Shown here: positions 9,583-20,390 of the stretch, piece after piece
Layout: every line of letters starts with the position of its first letter
Numbering within the stretch: position 1 is the stretch's first letter
Source: Shigella phage SH7
Strand: one strand, 5' to 3'
Length of the DNA: 64,000 nt
Sequence record: KX828711
The notes under the pieces: model-generated
The model's input: the letters and a program-made list of their open reading frames with translations, nothing else
Database searches by the model: none
Told to the model about the DNA's origin: nothing
Program-made: the position numbers and the translations under genes

Positions 9583-9599
9583 GAATAAAAGGAGCATCT

Positions 9600-10349
9600 A
9601 TGGCAAACATTATTCGTTGTAAATTACCAGATGGTGTTCATCGTTTTAAACCATTTACGGTAGAAGATTATCGAGATTTTTTGTTAGTTCGAAACGATAT
9701 AGAACATCGGTCACCACAAGAACAAAAAGAAGTAATTGCTGATTTAATTGCTGATTATTTTGGAGACTATCCAAAGACTTGGCAACCATTTATATTTTTG
9801 CAGGTATTTGTAGGGTCAATAGGTAAAACTAAAGTACCAGTCACATTTGTATGTCCAAAATGTAAAAAAGAAAAGACAGTTCCATTTGAAATATACCAAA
9901 AAGAATTAAAGGAGCCTGTTTTTGATGTAGCTAATGTTAAAATTAAATTAAAGTTTCCTTCTGAGTTTTATGAAAATAAAGCAAAGATGATTACTGAAAA
10001 TATTCATTCTGTTCAAGTAGATGAAATATGGTATGATTGGAAGGAAATTAGTGAATCAAGCCAAATAGAACTTGTTGATGCCATCGAGATAGAAACATTA
10101 GAAAAAATTCTCGATGCAATGAATCCTATTAATTTAACATTGCATATGTCCTGCTGTGATAAGTATGTAAAAAAATACACTGATATAGTAGATGTGTTTA
10201 AGCTATTAGTTAACCCAGATGAGATATTTACTTTTTATCAAATTAATCACACACTCGTAAAAAGTAATTATAGCTTAAATTCAATAATGAAAATGATTCC
10301 TGCCGAGCGCGGATTCGTATTAAAACTGATTGAGAAGGATAAACAATAA
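9600..10349 (+). CDS. 51: Baseplate hub assembly protein gp51
   Basis: 249 aa as in T4 gp51. Confidence 0.85.
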   Translation: MANIIRCKLPDGVHRFKPFTVEDYRDFLLVRNDIEHRSPQEQKEVIADLIADYFGDYPKTWQPFIFLQVFVGSIGKTKVPVTFVCPKCKKEKTVPFEIYQKELKEPVFDVANVKIKLKFPSEFYENKAKMITENIHSVQVDEIWYDWKEISESSQIELVDAIEIETLEKILDAMNPINLTLHMSCCDKYVKKYTDIVDVFKLLVNPDEIFTFYQINHTLVKSNYSLNSIMKMIPAERGFVLKLIEKDKQ

Positions 10350-11524
10350 TGAGTATGTTGCAACGCCCCGGATATCCAAATCTCAGCGTTAAATTATTTG
10401 ATAGCTACGACGCTTGGAGTAATAATAGATTTGTTGAATTAGCTGCTACTATTACCACATTAACTATGCGTGACTCTCTTTATGGTCGAAATGAAGGAAT
10501 GCTACAATTTTATGATTCTAAAAACATTCATACAAAAATGGATGGAAATGAAATAATTCAGATTTCTGTAGCTAATGCAAATGATATTAATAATGTTAAA
10601 ACACGAATTTATGGATGTAAGCATTTTTCCGTGTCAGTAGATTCAAAAGGTGATAACATCATTGCTATTGAATTGGGAACTATTCATTCTATAGAAAATC
10701 TTAAATTTGGTAGACCGTTTTTCCCTGATGCAGGTGAATCTATAAAAGAAATGCTTGGTGTCATTTATCAGGATCGCACATTATTAACTCCAGCAATAAA
10801 TGCTATAAATGCTTATGTTCCTGATATTCCATGGACTAGCACATTTGAAAACTATTTGTCCTATGTAAGAGAAGTTGCTCTAGCTGTAGGAAGTGACAAA
10901 TTTGTATTTGTATGGCAAGACATCATGGGAGTTAACATGATGGACTATGATATGATGATAAATCAAGAACCATATCCAATGATTGTCGGCGAGCCATCTT
11001 TAATAGGTCAATTCATCCAAGAATTAAAATACCCATTAGCATATGATTTCGTTTGGTTGACTAAATCGAATCCTCACAAACGTGACCCAATGAAAAATGC
11101 TACTATCTATGCGCATTCATTTTTAGATTCTTCATTGCCAATGATTACTACAGGAAAGGGTGAAAACTCTATTGTAGTGTCAAGGTCAGGTGCTTATTCT
11201 GAAATGACTTATAGGAATGGATATGAAGAAGCTATTCGTCTTCAAACTATGGCGCAATATGATGGCTATGCTAAATGTTCTACTGTCGGTAATTTTAACT
11301 TGACTCCTGGTGTTAAAATTATTTTTAATGATAGTAAAAACCAATTTAAAACAGAATTTTACGTTGATGAAGTTATCCATGAATTATCCAATAATAATTC
11401 AATAACTCATCTATATATGTTCACTAATGCAACGAAACTGGAAACAATAGACCCAGTTAAGGTTAAAAATGAATTTAAATCTGATACTACCACTGAAGAA
11501 AGTAGTTCTTCCAATAAGCAATAA
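10349..11524 (+). CDS. 27: Baseplate hub protein gp27
   Basis: 391 aa as in T4 gp27. Confidence 0.9.
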   Translation: MSMLQRPGYPNLSVKLFDSYDAWSNNRFVELAATITTLTMRDSLYGRNEGMLQFYDSKNIHTKMDGNEIIQISVANANDINNVKTRIYGCKHFSVSVDSKGDNIIAIELGTIHSIENLKFGRPFFPDAGESIKEMLGVIYQDRTLLTPAINAINAYVPDIPWTSTFENYLSYVREVALAVGSDKFVFVWQDIMGVNMMDYDMMINQEPYPMIVGEPSLIGQFIQELKYPLAYDFVWLTKSNPHKRDPMKNATIYAHSFLDSSLPMITTGKGENSIVVSRSGAYSEMTYRNGYEEAIRLQTMAQYDGYAKCSTVGNFNLTPGVKIIFNDSKNQFKTEFYVDEVIHELSNNNSITHLYMFTNATKLETIDPVKVKNEFKSDTTTEESSSSNKQ

Positions 11525-12002
11525 AGAAGTTTCTATTCCTAAAATGGGTCTTAAACATTATAACATTTTAAAAGATGTTAAAGGTCCTGATGAAAATTTA
11601 AAACTTCTTATTGATTCTATTTGTCCGAATTTATCACCGGCAGAAGTTGATTTCGTTTCTATTCATTTATTGGAATTTAATGGAAAGATTAAATCTCGTA
11701 AAGAAATAGATGGTTATACTTATGACATTAATGATGTTTATGTGTGCCAAAGATTAGAATTTCAATACCAAGGAAATACATTTTATTTTAGACCTCCTGG
11801 AAAATTTGAACAATTTTTAACGGTGAGCGATATGTTATCCAAATGCTTGCTTAAGGTCAATGATGAAGTTAAAGAAATTAATTTTCTTGAGATGCCAGCA
11901 TTCGTTTTAAAATGGGCAAATGATATTTTTACAACTTTAGCAATTCCTGGCCCTAATGGTCCAATAACCGGAATTGGCAATATTATTGGATTATTTGAAT
12001 GA
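11469..12002 (+). CDS. 28: Baseplate hub distal subunit gp28
   Basis: 177 aa as in T4 gp28; overlaps the 3' end of gene 27. Confidence 0.8.
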   Translation: MNLNLILPLKKVVLPISNKEVSIPKMGLKHYNILKDVKGPDENLKLLIDSICPNLSPAEVDFVSIHLLEFNGKIKSRKEIDGYTYDINDVYVCQRLEFQYQGNTFYFRPPGKFEQFLTVSDMLSKCLLKVNDEVKEINFLEMPAFVLKWANDIFTTLAIPGPNGPITGIGNIIGLFE

Positions 12003-13771
12003 AAAAGCCACAAGAAATGCAAACGATGCGTAGAAAAGTTATTTCAGATAATAAACCGACACAGGAAGCGGCTAAATCCGCTTCCAACACTTTATCTGGG
12101 CTTAATGACATTTCTACAAAATTGGATGATGCTCAAGCTGCTTCTGAATTAATTGCTCAAACTGTCGAAGAAAAATCGAATGAAATAGTTGGAGCAATTG
12201 ACAACGTAGAAAACGCAGTGAGTGATACTACTGCTGGTTCTGAGTTAATTGCCGAGACCGTTGAAATTGGCAATAATATCAATAAAGAAATAGGCGAATC
12301 ACTCGGAAGCAAATTAGATAAATTAACGAGTTTATTAGAACAAAAAATTCAGACAGCTGGAATTCAACAAACAGGAACCAGTTTAGCTACGGTTGAAAGT
12401 GCTATTCCTGTTAAAGTTGTTGAGGATGATACAGCTGAATCTGTGGGTCCTTTATTACCGGCTCCTGAAGCAGTTAATAATGATCCTGATGCTGATTTTT
12501 TCCCTACCCCTCAGCCAGTTGAACCCAAACAAGAATCACCAGAAGAAAAACAGAAAAAAGACGCATTTAACTTAAAATTATCTCAAGCTTTAGATAAATT
12601 AACGAAGACTGTTGATTTTGGATTTAAGAAATCCATTTCAATTACTGATAAAATATCAAGCATGCTATTTAAGTATACTGTCAGTGCTGCTATTGAAGCC
12701 GCTAAAATGACTGCAATGATATTGGCTGTTGTTGTTGGAATAGACTTGTTGATGGTTCACTTTAAATACTGGTCAGATAAATTTTCGCAAGCCTGGGACT
12801 TGTTTAGTACTAACTTTACTAAATTCTCTAGCGAAACCGGAACATGGGGTCCTTTATTACAGAGCATCTTTGATTCTATTGATAAAATTAAACAGCTTTG
12901 GGAAGCTGGAGATTGGGGTGGATTGACAGCAGCTATTGTTGAAGGACTCGGAAGTGTTCTTTTTAATTTAGGTGAACTTATTCAATTAGGTATGGCTAAA
13001 TTATCTGCAGCAATTCTTCGAGTCATTCCTGGCATGAAGGATACTGCTGATGAAGTAGAAGGAAGAGCACTAGAAAATTTCCAAAATTCTACTGGAGCAT
13101 CTCTCAATAAAGAAGACCAGGAAAAAGTTGCAAATTATCAAGATAAAAGAATGAATGGAGACCTTGGTCCGATAGCAAAAGGATTAGACAAGATTGCGAA
13201 CTGGAAAACTCGCGCATCTAACTGGATTCGTGGTGTTGATAATAAAGAAGCACTAACTACCGACGAAGAACGTGCAGCAGAAGAAGAAAAATTAAAGCAA
13301 CTTTCTCCTGAAGAAAGAAAAAATGCTTTAATGAAGGCTAATGAAGCTCGAGCCGCGATGATTCGTTTTGAAAAATATGCTGATTCAGCTGATATGAGTA
13401 AAGACTCAACGGTTAAATCAGTTGAATCTGCCTACGAAGACCTTAAAAAACGGATGGATGACCCGGATTTAAATAATTCACCGGCAGTTAAAAAAGAACT
13501 TGCTGCTAGATTTTCTAAAATTGATGCTACTTATCAAGAGCTCAAGAAAAATCAGCCTAATGCCAAACCTGAAACTTCTGCTAAATCACCAGAAGCAAAA
13601 CAAGTCCAGGTAATAGAAAAGAACAAAGCACAACAAGCTCCTGTTCAACAAGCATCTCCTTCGATCAATAATACTAATAATGTTATTAAGAAAAATACTG
13701 TCGTTCATAATATGACACCTGTCACAAGCACAACTGCTCCTGGTGTATTTGATGCGACTGGAGTTAATTAA
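11999..13771 (+). CDS. 29: gp29 baseplate hub / tail-length determining protein
   Basis: 590 aa as in T4 gp29; internal repeats (ASELIAQTVE / GSELIAETVE). Confidence 0.9.
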   Translation: MKKPQEMQTMRRKVISDNKPTQEAAKSASNTLSGLNDISTKLDDAQAASELIAQTVEEKSNEIVGAIDNVENAVSDTTAGSELIAETVEIGNNINKEIGESLGSKLDKLTSLLEQKIQTAGIQQTGTSLATVESAIPVKVVEDDTAESVGPLLPAPEAVNNDPDADFFPTPQPVEPKQESPEEKQKKDAFNLKLSQALDKLTKTVDFGFKKSISITDKISSMLFKYTVSAAIEAAKMTAMILAVVVGIDLLMVHFKYWSDKFSQAWDLFSTNFTKFSSETGTWGPLLQSIFDSIDKIKQLWEAGDWGGLTAAIVEGLGSVLFNLGELIQLGMAKLSAAILRVIPGMKDTADEVEGRALENFQNSTGASLNKEDQEKVANYQDKRMNGDLGPIAKGLDKIANWKTRASNWIRGVDNKEALTTDEERAAEEEKLKQLSPEERKNALMKANEARAAMIRFEKYADSADMSKDSTVKSVESAYEDLKKRMDDPDLNNSPAVKKELAARFSKIDATYQELKKNQPNAKPETSAKSPEAKQVQVIEKNKAQQAPVQQASPSINNTNNVIKKNTVVHNMTPVTSTTAPGVFDATGVN

Positions 13772-13779
13772 GGAATAAT

Positions 13780-14874
13780 ATGGCAATTGTTAAAGAAATA
13801 ACTACTGATTTAATTAAAAAGTCCGGTGAGAAAATTTCAGCTGGACAGAGCACTAAATCAGAAGTAGTAACTAAAACATACACTGCCCAGTTTCCAACTG
13901 GGCGTGCTAGTGGTAATGACACTACAGGGGACTTCCAGGTAACAGATCTATATAAGAATGGATTATTATTTACTGCATACAATATGTCATCTAGGGATTC
14001 TGGAAGTCTTAGATCGATGAGATCTAACTACTCTTCTTCATCTTCGAGTATTTTACGTACAGCCAGAAACACTATTAGTAGTACAGTATCAAAACTATCA
14101 AATGGATTAATATCAAATAATAATTCAGGAACAATAAGTAAAGCTCCTGTCGCAAACATTCTTTTACCGAGATCTAAATCTGATGTTGACACATCATCGC
14201 ATAGATTTAACGATGTTCAAGAAAGCCTTATCAGTAGAGGCGGAGGTACTGCTACTGGTGTGCTAAGTAATATTGCTTCAACTGCAGTATTTGGTGCACT
14301 GGAAAGTATAACACAAGGTATAATGGCTGATAATAATGAACAGATTTATACGACAGCCAGAAGTATGTACGGCGGTGCTGAAAATAGAACTAAAGTGTTT
14401 ACATGGGATTTGACTCCACGTTCAACAGAAGATTTAATGGCTATTATTAATATCTATCAGTATTTTAACTATTTTTCTTATGGTGAAACAGGTAAATCTC
14501 AATATGCTGCTGAAATAAAGGGGTATTTAGATGATTGGTATCGTTCTACATTAATTGAACCTTTATCTCCGGAAGACGCAGCTAAAAATAAAACACTATT
14601 TGAGAAAATGACAGCAAGTTTAACGAACGTTCTTGTAGTTTCAAACCCGACAATTTGGATGGTGAAAAACTTTGGTGCAACATCTAAGTTTGATGGAAAA
14701 ACGGAAATATTTGGTCCATGCCAAATACAAAGCATCAGATTTGATAAAACGCCTAATGGTAACTTTAACGGATTAGCTATTGCTCCAAACCTCCCTAGTA
14801 CATTTACTCTCGAGATTACTATGAGAGAAATTATCACGTTAAACCGTGCTTCTTTATATGCGGGGACTTTTTAA
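13780..14874 (+). CDS. 48: Baseplate tail-tube junction protein gp48
   Basis: 364 aa as in T4 gp48. Confidence 0.9.
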   Translation: MAIVKEITTDLIKKSGEKISAGQSTKSEVVTKTYTAQFPTGRASGNDTTGDFQVTDLYKNGLLFTAYNMSSRDSGSLRSMRSNYSSSSSSILRTARNTISSTVSKLSNGLISNNNSGTISKAPVANILLPRSKSDVDTSSHRFNDVQESLISRGGGTATGVLSNIASTAVFGALESITQGIMADNNEQIYTTARSMYGGAENRTKVFTWDLTPRSTEDLMAIINIYQYFNYFSYGETGKSQYAAEIKGYLDDWYRSTLIEPLSPEDAAKNKTLFEKMTASLTNVLVVSNPTIWMVKNFGATSKFDGKTEIFGPCQIQSIRFDKTPNGNFNGLAIAPNLPSTFTLEITMREIITLNRASLYAGTF

Positions 14875-15839
14875 TGTATTCTTTAGAGGAATTTAATAAT
14901 CAAGCAATAAACGCAGATTTCCAACGTAATAATATGTTTAGCTGCGTTTTTGCGACAACTCCATCAACTAAAAGCTCATCGTTGATAAGTTCAATTAGCA
15001 ATTTTTCTTATAATAACTTGGGTCTAAATTCAGATTGGTTAGGATTGTCTCAAGGCGATATTAATCAGGGAATTACAACGTTAATTACAGCTGGCACACA
15101 AAAACTAATAAGAAAATCAGGAGTCAGTAAATATCTTATTGGTGCCATGAGTCAACGTACTGTCCAGAGTTTATTAGGCTCATTTACAGTTGGTACATAT
15201 TTAATTGACTTCTTTAACATGGCATATAACTCATCTGGATTGATGATATACTCTGTAAAAATGCCAGAGAATAGATTATCCTATGAAACTGACTGGAACT
15301 ATAATTCTCCTAATATTCGTATAACTGGAAGAGAATTAGACCCTTTGGTTATTTCATTTAGAATGGATTCAGAAGCTTGTAACTATCGTGCAATGCAAGA
15401 CTGGGTTAACGCTGTTCAAGACCCAGTAACTGGATTGCGTGCTTTACCGCAAGATGTCGAGGCAGATATTCAGGTCAATCTTCATTCTCGCAATGGATTA
15501 CCACATACTGCGGTGATGTTCACTGGCTGTATTCCAATATCTGTGAGTGCTCCTGAGTTATCATATGATGGAGATAACCAAATAACTACATTTGATGTTA
15601 CTTTCGCTTATAGAGTCATGCAGGCTGGAGCAGTTGATAGACAAGCTGCCCTTGAATGGCTTGAATCTGCTACTATAAATGGTATTCAAAGCGTTCTCGG
15701 AAATAGTGGAGGTGTTACTGGACTATCTAATTCGCTTTCACGACTTAGTAGATTAGGGGGAACTGCAGGAAGCATTTCAAATATTAATACTATGACAGGA
15801 ATTGTCAATTCGCAAAGTAAAATATTAGGAGCAATATAA
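14874..15839 (+). CDS. 54: Baseplate tail-tube initiator gp54
   Basis: 321 aa (T4 gp54 320 aa); syntenic. Confidence 0.9.
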   Translation: MYSLEEFNNQAINADFQRNNMFSCVFATTPSTKSSSLISSISNFSYNNLGLNSDWLGLSQGDINQGITTLITAGTQKLIRKSGVSKYLIGAMSQRTVQSLLGSFTVGTYLIDFFNMAYNSSGLMIYSVKMPENRLSYETDWNYNSPNIRITGRELDPLVISFRMDSEACNYRAMQDWVNAVQDPVTGLRALPQDVEADIQVNLHSRNGLPHTAVMFTGCIPISVSAPELSYDGDNQITTFDVTFAYRVMQAGAVDRQAALEWLESATINGIQSVLGNSGGVTGLSNSLSRLSRLGGTAGSISNINTMTGIVNSQSKILGAI

Positions 15840-15843
15840 CAAT

Positions 15844-15861
15844 GGGGACCGAAAGGTCCCC
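15844..15861 (+). terminator. Rho-independent terminator after gene 54
   Basis: GGGGACC-GAAA-GGTCCCC hairpin followed by ATATTTTTATTT. Confidence 0.75.
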
Positions 15862-15867
15862 ATATTT

Positions 15868-16158
15868 TTATTTACGGAATGAAATAAAGGCAGCAACTGA
15901 AGCAACAGAGGTTTCTTCAATATAAACCTCAATTTTTACCGGAGCTTCTGACTCAAATTTACCTGTTACTACACCTTGGAAAATACTTTCAGTCTGTTCT
16001 GGCTTTGAAAAATTTTCAGAAGGAAAAATTCCAAACTTTTTATCGGTTCCGAAAATTTTAATAAATTCATCGTAAACTGCTTCATTAAAAGCATTATCAG
16101 CAGGAATAACGCCTTCAACTACAAGTTCTTGACCTAAAAAGCGCAAAGAAGATTTCAT
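15868..16158 (-). CDS. Hypothetical protein downstream of the alt genes
   Basis: 96 aa ORF behind a strong early promoter and an AGGA ribosome-binding site. Confidence 0.6.
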   Translation of the reverse strand: MKSSLRFLGQELVVEGVIPADNAFNEAVYDEFIKIFGTDKKFGIFPSENFSKPEQTESIFQGVVTGKFESEAPVKIEVYIEETSVASVAAFISFRK

Positions 16159-16165
16159 TTTGTGT

Positions 16166-16219
16166 TCCTCATGTTATGTCAGTAAGACTACTATAACACA
16201 ACACGAGGGACTTGTAAAC
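16166..16219. repeat. 54 bp direct repeat, copy 1 (early promoter plus leader; copy 2 at 31935-31988)
   Basis: 53 of 54 nt identical to 31935-31988. Confidence 0.85.
16190..16219 (-). promoter_or_regulatory. Early promoter for the 96 aa ORF
   Basis: Minus strand GTTTAC then 18 nt then TATAGT, followed by an AGGA RBS and ATG. Confidence 0.65.
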
Positions 16220-18276
16220 TACATTTTGAACTTTTTAGACATTCCGTTAATGTTAACCAAAGAAGCTAAGATTTGAGAAACTTCGTTTTCCTCTTCTTTT
16301 GATTCTTCTACAAGGAATTGATTAAATCCAGCCATTGGACGAACTTCACCAGTTTCCATTAGATGGTCGCCATCATATACTGATTCTTCTAATTGTTCAG
16401 AAGGAGGAACGATTGTACCTTCGATTAGATACTTGTTATAAGCAGTTTCTTTCATAAAGTAAGTACTTACTTTATTAATCTTCAGTAAAATTCCACGTGG
16501 TAGAATAACTTCAGCTTCTGATGGAAATCCTGATAAATGACCCGGAACGATAACTTTAACTCGTTCAGCTCCTTTAATTACCATACCCACGCTAGTTTCA
16601 GCATCTTCATTAGCATATGTAGAATGACTACCCATATGCATCAAATCTTCTGCATCAACGGAACCTTCTCCTTCACCAGAAAATACTGCTCCGGAATCAT
16701 CTAAGGCCATATAATTTTTACCATACTCACCAAAGATATTTGGTTTAAGTGATGTAGATACGAAGTTCTTGAAATAGAACATTTTATTTTCAATGTTATG
16801 ACGCAAAGTTTTAAAAGTAACTTCTTGTCCACGGTAAAGTGTAGTTCCTGGAGGAAGAACTGAACCTTTAGCAAACGCAGAATCCATAGTCTCGATGTGC
16901 TTAATAGCGCGCTCCATGTATTCTTCACGTGTAGAATCAGGTTTACCTAAAAGGAATGAGTTCATTTCAACATACGAATCTGCACAATAATCTTCAATTA
17001 CATCAGATTCAGCCTGAGTCAATCCTTTTGGAGTTACTTCAGTGCTTGCATATTCATACGCCTGAGCAGCGGATTCATCAATTAATTTATAAATGCCATT
17101 CATGACAAATTGAATAATAGCTGTCTTTTCATCTGGCGTAGCTTTAGAACCTTTAACTAAATCATTGACAATTTTCTTAATAACATCAAAGCTATTAGAA
17201 ATATTAATGTCAGCAAGATCGCTTAAAATTTTATCAGTTTTATAATCAAAAAATTCTTTATTCTTTAAATATTCTTGAGAACTTTGATATGTTATATCGC
17301 TCTGCAACTTGATAGATGGATCACGTAAACGTGCATGGGCTAATGCAATATGACTTCGGAAGCTTTCTAGTTCATAATCACTAGATTTAAAACGAGAAGC
17401 ACTCCTCATATCACCGATAGCTCCTTTGCCGAAGTTTGAACCAATCTGAATAACGCCAGAGTTCATTGGTCCTTCTGCTTTATATACCGGAACTTTAGAT
17501 TCAAACTCTTGATATTTCTTAGCAGCAAAGCTATCACCCTGAAGTGAAGCATCAACAGTAGAATATTGAGCTTGTGCTGCTAATCGACGACTAATTTTAG
17601 TTTTCTGAATAACAGCTTGATCCGTACGCTTATCATTTTCTAAAGCAATAGAAGCAGCAACTGCGACAGCTTTAGGAACAGCATTACCTGTTTTAACGTC
17701 TACATAAACATCACCGACTTTCGATTCAACTTTTGTGAATAACTCAGTTGAAATAGGAGGTACACCTGGAATGTCTTCTAAATTGGCATTTTTACGGTAA
17801 ACCATAATATATGCATATTTCTTATCATAGTCCCAGATTTCCTTTAAAAGAACATATCGACCTGCTCCTTTAGTACGTACTAAACGGTCAGCAATAACTT
17901 GCATTTGACGAGCAGCGCCATTTGTTTTACTTTTTAGTACGCGGAATAGGCATGCATCAATTTTATACTGTTTCATTGTTTGAAGAGCAGTATCAAAAAC
18001 AGCATTAATGACGCCAATTGGATTTCCACCCAAGTTTTTAAGCTTAACTAATGATAATTTTTCATTAACACCTATCATTACGATATGCATCATTTTGTCG
18101 CCTGGCTTAACGTTTTTATTCGTATCACCGCCAGAGGTGTATGTACAAAATCTAAATCCAGGAAGCACGCTTTCTTCACCGGCTTGAATAGCAAAAATTT
18201 GTGGTATTTTATGCTTAGGATTTAAGTTAACAACCGGCGCCGAAGCGCCGTCAAATAATTCTGTAATAAGTTCCAT
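16219..18276 (-). CDS. Alt-family ADP-ribosyltransferase paralog
   Basis: 685 aa; shares MELITELFD... N-terminus and conserved blocks with the adjacent alt product; ExE-type motif SEAEVILPRG; central region diverged. Confidence 0.8.
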   Translation of the reverse strand: MELITELFDGASAPVVNLNPKHKIPQIFAIQAGEESVLPGFRFCTYTSGGDTNKNVKPGDKMMHIVMIGVNEKLSLVKLKNLGGNPIGVINAVFDTALQTMKQYKIDACLFRVLKSKTNGAARQMQVIADRLVRTKGAGRYVLLKEIWDYDKKYAYIMVYRKNANLEDIPGVPPISTELFTKVESKVGDVYVDVKTGNAVPKAVAVAASIALENDKRTDQAVIQKTKISRRLAAQAQYSTVDASLQGDSFAAKKYQEFESKVPVYKAEGPMNSGVIQIGSNFGKGAIGDMRSASRFKSSDYELESFRSHIALAHARLRDPSIKLQSDITYQSSQEYLKNKEFFDYKTDKILSDLADINISNSFDVIKKIVNDLVKGSKATPDEKTAIIQFVMNGIYKLIDESAAQAYEYASTEVTPKGLTQAESDVIEDYCADSYVEMNSFLLGKPDSTREEYMERAIKHIETMDSAFAKGSVLPPGTTLYRGQEVTFKTLRHNIENKMFYFKNFVSTSLKPNIFGEYGKNYMALDDSGAVFSGEGEGSVDAEDLMHMGSHSTYANEDAETSVGMVIKGAERVKVIVPGHLSGFPSEAEVILPRGILLKINKVSTYFMKETAYNKYLIEGTIVPPSEQLEESVYDGDHLMETGEVRPMAGFNQFLVEESKEEENEVSQILASLVNINGMSKKFKM

Positions 18277-18279
18277 GAT

Positions 18280-20340
18280 TTATCCTTGAACGAACTTGTA
18301 AGGCATGTTTGTAATATCTATGCAAGACGCAATAATTCCAAGAGATGATTCTACTTTCTGTTTAACATTTGATGAAACAAATGATGCAAAGTCAACTCTG
18401 TCTTCTATTTCAATATCACCTGTCATTGCAACCAATTCACCAGTTTCCATTAGACGGTCACCGTCATAAATGACTGATTCGGTGAGTTCTTCCGTAGTCA
18501 TAACTTCAGCTTGAATAAGCTTGTTGTTAGTTTTGACTGTTCCATCATTGTAAGATGCATCAGTTATTTTATTAACTTTGACCATTAATCCACGTGGCAA
18601 AATGACTTCCATTTCATTTGAAGGCGCTAAACTTCCGCCTGGTAAAACAACATTGACTTTATCAGCCCCAGTAATAACCCATCCAATTCCGACTAAATTA
18701 TCGCTAGAATTAACAAGCCCTTCATCATTTTTATCGATAGAAATGTTTAGACGCTTTTCATCTGGTAAAACACCAACAGCTGAATCAGTCATCCAAGTAC
18801 CAAAAATGTTTGGATATAATGATGTTGATACAAAATTTCTAAAATAAAAAACTCGATTTTTTACCAATGCTTCATATATTGAAGGTAACATTCGCTGTGA
18901 ACGATATAAAGTAATACCCTTTGGCAATCGATCACCATTTTTAAAGGCTGAATCTAAATTATCGATGGCTTGTTCTATTTCAGGTGCTGTTAAAATACTT
19001 GTACGCTCATCTGGATTATATAATCCCAAAAGAGCATTATTCATGTCTACATATCCTGAACCTACATATTCACGAATTCCGCGTTTTTGCGCTGGCGTGT
19101 ATTTAGATGAATCTTTATTTTCGACTATAGAATGCAATGACCATCCAACAGTAAGAGCATATCCACGTAATTCTCTTCGAATAATCTTTGTTTTTATTGC
19201 ATTCCAAGAATTTTGCACTAACTCATTATTCGCAGTGTCTTGATTTAAATGCGAATGCTTGTTAATATTTCTTTCTAACCAAGCACCTTTATATTTTTCT
19301 AAAGTATCATCGACTATAGAAGCAATAGTTTCTAAAGTTTTTATTGAAGTAATAGATTCTTTTCGTAATCTTTCTAAAGCTTTATTTTTTATTTCTGTAT
19401 TAACATCAGATTCTTTATCTTCAGGAATTATAGAAGCTTCTCTGAATGCCATTCCAGCTGTAACACTATTAAGAGCATTCTCTAATGCAAATCCTGAAGT
19501 AGAAATAACAGTTAATTCATTAGCATCAGAAATTAAAGGAGCGTCAGCGGGTTTATTTAATTCTGCTGCTGAAGCCTCAAATTTTTGAAACATCGGCGTT
19601 TCAAATCTAGAAGATTCCAACGACTGACTTTGTGCAATTGCTCTACGGGAAATTTTAACTTTAACGATTACAGCTTGGTCAGAACGTTTATCATTTTCTT
19701 GTGCAATAGATGCTGCAATTGCCTCATTTTTAGTTACTTGGGCTCCAGTATCTTTATTGATATAAACATCACCGACCTTCGATTCAACTTTAGTAAAGAG
19801 CTCGGTACTAATTTCCGGAACTCCTGGAATGTCTTCTAGTGATACATTTTTGCGATGTATAAGAATATATGCATACTTTTTATCATAATCCCAGAGTTCC
19901 TTAAGAAGGACGTATCTGCCACCTGAACGACTACGGATAAGTCTATCAGCAATAACTTGAATTTGTCGAGCTTGGCCAGCAGTTTTAGACTTAAGAATAC
20001 GAAGCATACAAGCATCAATTTTATACTGACGCATCGTTTGCATTGCAACAGTAAAAACTGAATTGATATAATTAATTGGGCTTGGACCAAGACCTTTTAA
20101 TTTAGCAATTGAACCTTTAGCAGTTAATGTAAAAGGAACAATATGCATCATTTTATCGCCCATTTTTAAATCGCGATTAGTATCACCTCCAGATGTATAG
20201 GTACATAAACGAAAGCCTGGTTGTTCAATTGCGTCATCGACATGAACTGAAAAAATTTGTGGTATCTTCTTCTTTGGATTTAAGTTTGTAATCGGAAGAG
20301 TAGTATCTTCGTCAAATAATTCTGTAATAAGTTCCATCAT
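18280..20340 (-). CDS. alt: Alt ADP-ribosyltransferase (virion-packaged)
   Basis: 686 aa (T4 Alt 682 aa); MELITELFDEDTTLPITNL N-terminus; NEMEVILPRG ExE motif; immediately downstream of gene 30 with own late promoter. Confidence 0.85.
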   Translation of the reverse strand: MMELITELFDEDTTLPITNLNPKKKIPQIFSVHVDDAIEQPGFRLCTYTSGGDTNRDLKMGDKMMHIVPFTLTAKGSIAKLKGLGPSPINYINSVFTVAMQTMRQYKIDACMLRILKSKTAGQARQIQVIADRLIRSRSGGRYVLLKELWDYDKKYAYILIHRKNVSLEDIPGVPEISTELFTKVESKVGDVYINKDTGAQVTKNEAIAASIAQENDKRSDQAVIVKVKISRRAIAQSQSLESSRFETPMFQKFEASAAELNKPADAPLISDANELTVISTSGFALENALNSVTAGMAFREASIIPEDKESDVNTEIKNKALERLRKESITSIKTLETIASIVDDTLEKYKGAWLERNINKHSHLNQDTANNELVQNSWNAIKTKIIRRELRGYALTVGWSLHSIVENKDSSKYTPAQKRGIREYVGSGYVDMNNALLGLYNPDERTSILTAPEIEQAIDNLDSAFKNGDRLPKGITLYRSQRMLPSIYEALVKNRVFYFRNFVSTSLYPNIFGTWMTDSAVGVLPDEKRLNISIDKNDEGLVNSSDNLVGIGWVITGADKVNVVLPGGSLAPSNEMEVILPRGLMVKVNKITDASYNDGTVKTNNKLIQAEVMTTEELTESVIYDGDRLMETGELVAMTGDIEIEDRVDFASFVSSNVKQKVESSLGIIASCIDITNMPYKFVQG

Positions 20341-20360
20341 ATCCTCTCTAGTGTTTATTC

Positions 20361-20368
20361 TATTTATA
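20361..20368 (-). promoter_or_regulatory. Late promoter for alt
   Basis: Minus strand TATAAATA about 20 nt upstream of the alt ATG. Confidence 0.7.
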
Positions 20369-20374
20369 AAATTA

Positions 20375-20390
20375 AAGGCCCGAAGGCCTT
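20375..20390 (-). terminator. Hairpin downstream of the gene 30 operon
   Basis: AAGGCC-UUCG-GGCCUU in transcript sense, overlapping the stop of the 62 aa ORF. Confidence 0.6.

Noticed and set aside
18578-20090. Series of ORFs (18578-18847, 18965-19243, 19259-19588, 19585-19839, 19836-20090) inside the alt gene
   Set aside because: All lie within the 686 aa Alt reading frame region, antisense or out of frame; the full-length Alt frame is far better supported
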